A DNA stretch of 51,994 bases from Nemertoderma westbladi (lineage: Eukaryota > Animalia > Xenacoelomorpha), in the NCBI GenBank assembly GCA_032718475.1, contig JAUCBJ010001089.1, forward strand, positions 1 to 51,994. Reading direction: 5' to 3'. Made by a program: the position numbers and the translations under genes. Below the pieces are notes generated by a model, which saw nothing but the letters and a program-made list of their open reading frames with translations, made no database searches and was not told where the DNA came from. Shown here one piece after another: positions 47,939 through 51,994 of this stretch. Numbering within the stretch: position 1 is the first letter of the stretch; each line of letters begins with the position of its first letter.

Positions 47939-50108
47939 AAATCATCTTAATTACTGTATTAATTATTAAAATATATTAATGTTTTAATAAGTAATGAAGT
48001 ATTGCACCAGTCGCACCGAAATATGTCGTTGCAAGGACTACAAATTTGTAAAAAAACTTTTAATGTCGTTGAGAAATAGCTGAGTTATGGGCCTTCAAAA
48101 AGTGCAGGTATTTGCATCCGTTACGGCCTGCAGGGCAGGCCATTTATTATATTTAATAAAATACACAATATTCTGGAACATATTACTTATTTGAAGATTA
48201 TTATTTTTTACTTGATGTCCTTTTACTAGTCGTAGCTACTCATTAAATAAATAAAATGCCCAATAATAGAATTTAGTACAAAGTTGACTGACTGAAGAGC
48301 AATACTGTAATATAATAGGCCTAATCCCCATTTACCTAGGTAAATAATGCAAATTGTAACAATCAAAATGGTTGTTGTATTAAGAGATAAATGATGTAAT
48401 GGTGTTGTGGTATAAATTAATATTCTAGAAGTCTCTGCCTTTGCAAATTGCTTGTTAGTACTGTATATACTGTATAATATAATATTGTTACAATACTGTA
48501 TAATAATACAGTAATATATTATTGTTACAATATAATAATATATTGTTTATTATATTTATCAAAGTTAATGACATTGTTGTTATTTAATATTGTTATAATT
48601 TAGTATAGGATGATAGGCCTGTATTAGGGATATATGGAATTTGTGACAACATCTAAAACGGTGACAACACTCAGCCACAGTCAAAAAACTGTAGGCATAG
48701 TTCACAGTCAAAATAGCCACAAACAATGTGAATAACAGTAGATCGCAGTCATAAAATGTAATACTGCCATCTGTCAAGTTTCGGCTCAGCCTATCACTGG
48801 CAAGTCGAGCGAAAACAGTAAAACATTTGTCGGGGAGATCACTCAAAATGTCAGGACATCACTCAAAATATCAGGACAACACTCAAATCATGTAATGCTG
48901 CAATACTGTCCACCAGTTGCATTCTGTGCAACACCCCCAGGCTTACACACACAGTGGCTGTACTTGCAGTGTATAGTGACCATACTGTAGGGCCTAGTAC
49001 CTATCTAGGCCTACGAGACACTGTAAAGCGGACTTCATAAATCCCCTAACAATTACGTTTTGACGTCTTAATATCGTCTAAAACTAAAGTTTTCGATTAT
49101 TAATGTACAGTAAACGAATAGATAACTACTTTTCAAGAAGTTTGGGCGCAGACTTATATTTGCTGTAGGCTACTGTATATCAGTATTATTTATTTTGTGG
49201 TGAAGTTGCTCTCCCCTGATGTATCCCTTAGTAATTAATAATGTACTTAGATGATAAAATAAAACACTGCACCAAAATACATGATCTTTTTCTGTTTGCT
49301 CATGTTGCTCGTTGTGCATTTTAGCACCTACCCAAAAAAAAAAAAAAACACTTTATTATTCTCATTCACCCTAATTTATAATATCTTCATTAGAAAGTGA
49401 TGCCAGATACGGTACGTACAGTATATTCTTTACATTCAAAGGTACCTAGGGGGTGTACGTACAGTACATGGAATATGAATTTGTTTGTGAGAACGCCTTT
49501 CACGACCAGCTGTATCACAAGTTTAATGAGCGAGCAGAATACTAACTATACCTACGCTTAGGAAAAATATGGGAAGCCTGTTGGGGAGTGTGTTTTGTTG
49601 GGCCTGTACTACAGTATAACACAGCCGGCGAGAAACGAATGCATCAGGGTGTATTGATTGGCAACAGAAGTTGCACCAATCTAGGGCTGTTTCTTATGAG
49701 AGCAATAGCGGGGAGTACGACGGATGATTAATACCACAATACAACGCAATAAAACTCATAGCCACAATAATTTATATTATTGTAGAAGAATATAGGCCTA
49801 CAAATTCAAATCTAATAACCTTCAATATCACTTATAAATTTATGTGAGCACTACAATACCAAAATAGGCATGATCTATGATCATGATCTATTGATGATTT
49901 CAAAGTTATATTTATTTTCTTTTTGTACGAAATATAATCCTAATATTTCATTAAATAGTTGATTGTCTAATATCTTAGTAGTGGTACAGGAAACTCTAAT
50001 GATAATATATTTCTGTCTGTTATTGATTGTTAGATGTTCTGCCATCTATCATTACACTGATGATTCTGGAATACAGGAAGGCTTACAGTATATTCCCTCA
50101 GTTTCAGT

Positions 50109-50266
50109 ATGCATCTAACTACGTGTACTGGTATTACTGCCTGTTCTGGTAACCCAGTAGACAATGGACCTCAGAGTGACTACCCAAGAAAGGTGAATTT
50201 CGTAATGGATAAGAGAGATGGTCCATCTCCAATCACCACCAACAAACCAATACTCAAGTTGCCAAG
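50109..50266 (+). CDS. Putative exon of an uncharacterised + strand gene (MHLTTCTG...PILKLPR); start uncertain
   Basis: Acceptors at 50033 or 50107; open frame from ATG 50109 to donor AAG|GTAATC in phase 2. Confidence 0.55.
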
Positions 50267-50737
50267 GTAATCAAACTACTTATAAATAGTGTGTAGGTTA
50301 ATCAAGTGGTAATAGTCTCTGCTTTCCAATGTTGTTGAGGAGACAGTAACAGCCTAAACGTGAGTCAAAAACTTTGATTTTTTGAGGCCATTCCGGCATT
50401 CCCCGTAGATGTGTTTAGTGTGCGTCTAGGTCTATTGTACCGGTAAATAGGACCTAGGGGCCTACTGTATAGTGTATAGTCAACCAATAGCCGAAAACTA
50501 CAACCGACAATTAGAATAAAAACGAAACTGTTAAAGTGTGCTCGTGTTTTTACTCTGGTTTATTGTCTTGGTTGGAATAAACTGTCACTGTATAACATGT
50601 TTATTTCTCTTAACATTAATAAAGTTTGTCGGCTGTTGTAGGCCCTATCGTTTATCCACTGTCGGCATATCATAAACACCTCGAAGACTACTACCGTTAT
50701 TACTATTGATTAACTTTATCAATTTTGGCTTATATAG

Positions 50738-50890
50738 ATCTGCGGACAATGTCTCAAACATAATGGCCGGTTGGGACAGAGTTTCCAAGGGAACACAAGC
50801 TTCCGGGGACGAGCGTCCGTATGACAATACCCTCCCGAGGTCCTTGATAAAGCGGAGAGTGGAACCAGAGCCGTTGAACCAACGATCAAA
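50738..50890 (+). CDS. Putative internal exon (SADNVSNIMAGW...PLNQRSK)
   Basis: TAG acceptor at 50735-50737, 153 nt, phase 2-2, donor GTAAGA. Confidence 0.62.
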
Positions 50891-51368
50891 GTAAGAAATC
50901 CTTTAATTGTTCAAAATCACATTTTTAATGAATCGTAACATTACGGACTCCACACCCAAATGATTATTTAACTTCCAATTACTTTCATCTATCATGTAAT
51001 TAAAATTGTTTGATCTTTTGTTTAATGTTAATAAGATAGAACAGGTACCCGGCGTATCAAACAGCTACATAATTATAGTGTACTACCCCAACAATATTAT
51101 TCTACTGTAGTACAGTATTATCGTCAATCATCATTGAATAAGATAAACCTAAATATTTAGGGAAAAGAGCAGGTTACAATGGCTGCATTTTCTAACCAAA
51201 GCACTAAACTAAATTTAATGAACTCGTAGTTACTCTATGTATTAGATAAAGTTGTAATTTTTCAATTAAAAAATCTCCCCAATCAGCACCCTATTTGGAA
51301 GGCTGAATCCTAATTACTGTAGAAATATGTAATCTAAAGTACTAAACTGTATATATTGTAACTTTTAG

Positions 51369-51519
51369 AATACTCCAAGATGCTTTCAACACGCCCTCTG
51401 GCTACAATAAACGGTTTAGAGTTATCCCATCGTCCGTAAGCAATGCTCCAGCTATTACTAGGCGGCGTGATATCGAAGCAAAGGAGAATTATACAAGAGA
51501 TAGCAAGCATGTAGACCAG
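51369..51519 (+). CDS. Putative exon (ILQDAFNTPSGYNKR...SKHVDQ)
   Basis: Acceptor cttttAG at 51367-51368; phase-2 start matches the previous exon; stop-free; candidate donor CAG|GTTGGT. Confidence 0.6.
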
Positions 51520-51660
51520 GTTGGTGTAGAAATTTATATACAGTATATGGCTATAAGATAAACAAGCGCCAAATCTCACAAAGCGCGTCTACTAACGCAT
51601 GAACTGTCTCCTCCTTGAATGGCTTACTACCAATCTTACAACAAAAAACATTCAGAAGAA

Positions 51661-51727
51661 TGGGGGGATTGAACTCGGTACCTAGGGATGGCAAGTTCCA
51701 CGCTCTGCCAACTGAGCCACTGGGGCC
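51661..51727 (-). pseudogene. tRNA-like Pol III head (tRNA pseudogene or SINE head)
   Basis: Minus strand GGCCCCAGTGGCTCAGTTGGCAGAGCG...GAGTTCAATCC contains A-box and B-box at tRNA spacing, but the acceptor and anticodon stems pair poorly. Confidence 0.55.
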
Positions 51728-51994
51728 GTATTAAACCTTAATAGCAAAACTTAACGAGAAATTAACAACACCAACAACAACAAAAACAACAACAACAACA
51801 ACGGAGTGAATACTAGAGGTCTCGCTACGCGGACCTAAAAACTGATTAACAGTTTACCATGGCTGATATAGGGCTGCCACTCTGGCACAGTTCGTGAAGG
51901 CATCGCATGAAAGTCATGAGCTGCGCACCACGCTTATGAATAACAAAAGTCAGAGATATTCGCATATTTCGTAAAGGTCAATTTAGCATGGGTG

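Noticed and set aside
51661-51727. Functional tRNA gene
   Set aside because: A and B boxes are present, but acceptor and anticodon stems do not pair properly and no anticodon can be assigned confidently.

Overview
AT-rich, repeat-dense eukaryotic DNA, most likely a marine invertebrate (inferred from spliceosomal exons, a GalEa-type copia element and the TE fauna). From left to right: (1) the 3' ~4.5 kb of a Ty1/copia (GalEa-like) LTR retrotransposon with an uninterrupted gag-pol ORF, PPT and short 3' LTR; (2) the GC-rich last exon of a SPRED/Sprouty-domain gene (+); (3) an ~11.7 kb array of a 28-bp satellite; (4) a spliced minus-strand coiled-coil gene converging on the satellite, with a probable further exon at 38.5-38.8 kb; (5) many nested non-autonomous DNA elements (TA-TSD, 8-bp-TSD Merlin-like, Helentron/HINE-like, foldback) and a 5'-truncated RTE-type LINE with a 12-bp TSD; (6) an ~2.8 kb 14-bp G/C-skewed minisatellite that produces most of the long spurious ORFs; (7) three phase-compatible + strand exons of an unknown protein rich in basic clusters. 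There are no CRISPR or prokaryotic features. The most unusual signal is a strong excess of TA-flanked mini-motifs (TACAGTA/TACTGTA, TACCGGTA, TAGGCCTA). In three places, comparison with a sister repeat copy shows they are insertions at a TA, consistent with DNA-transposon excision scars. All calls were made by eye, without database searches.
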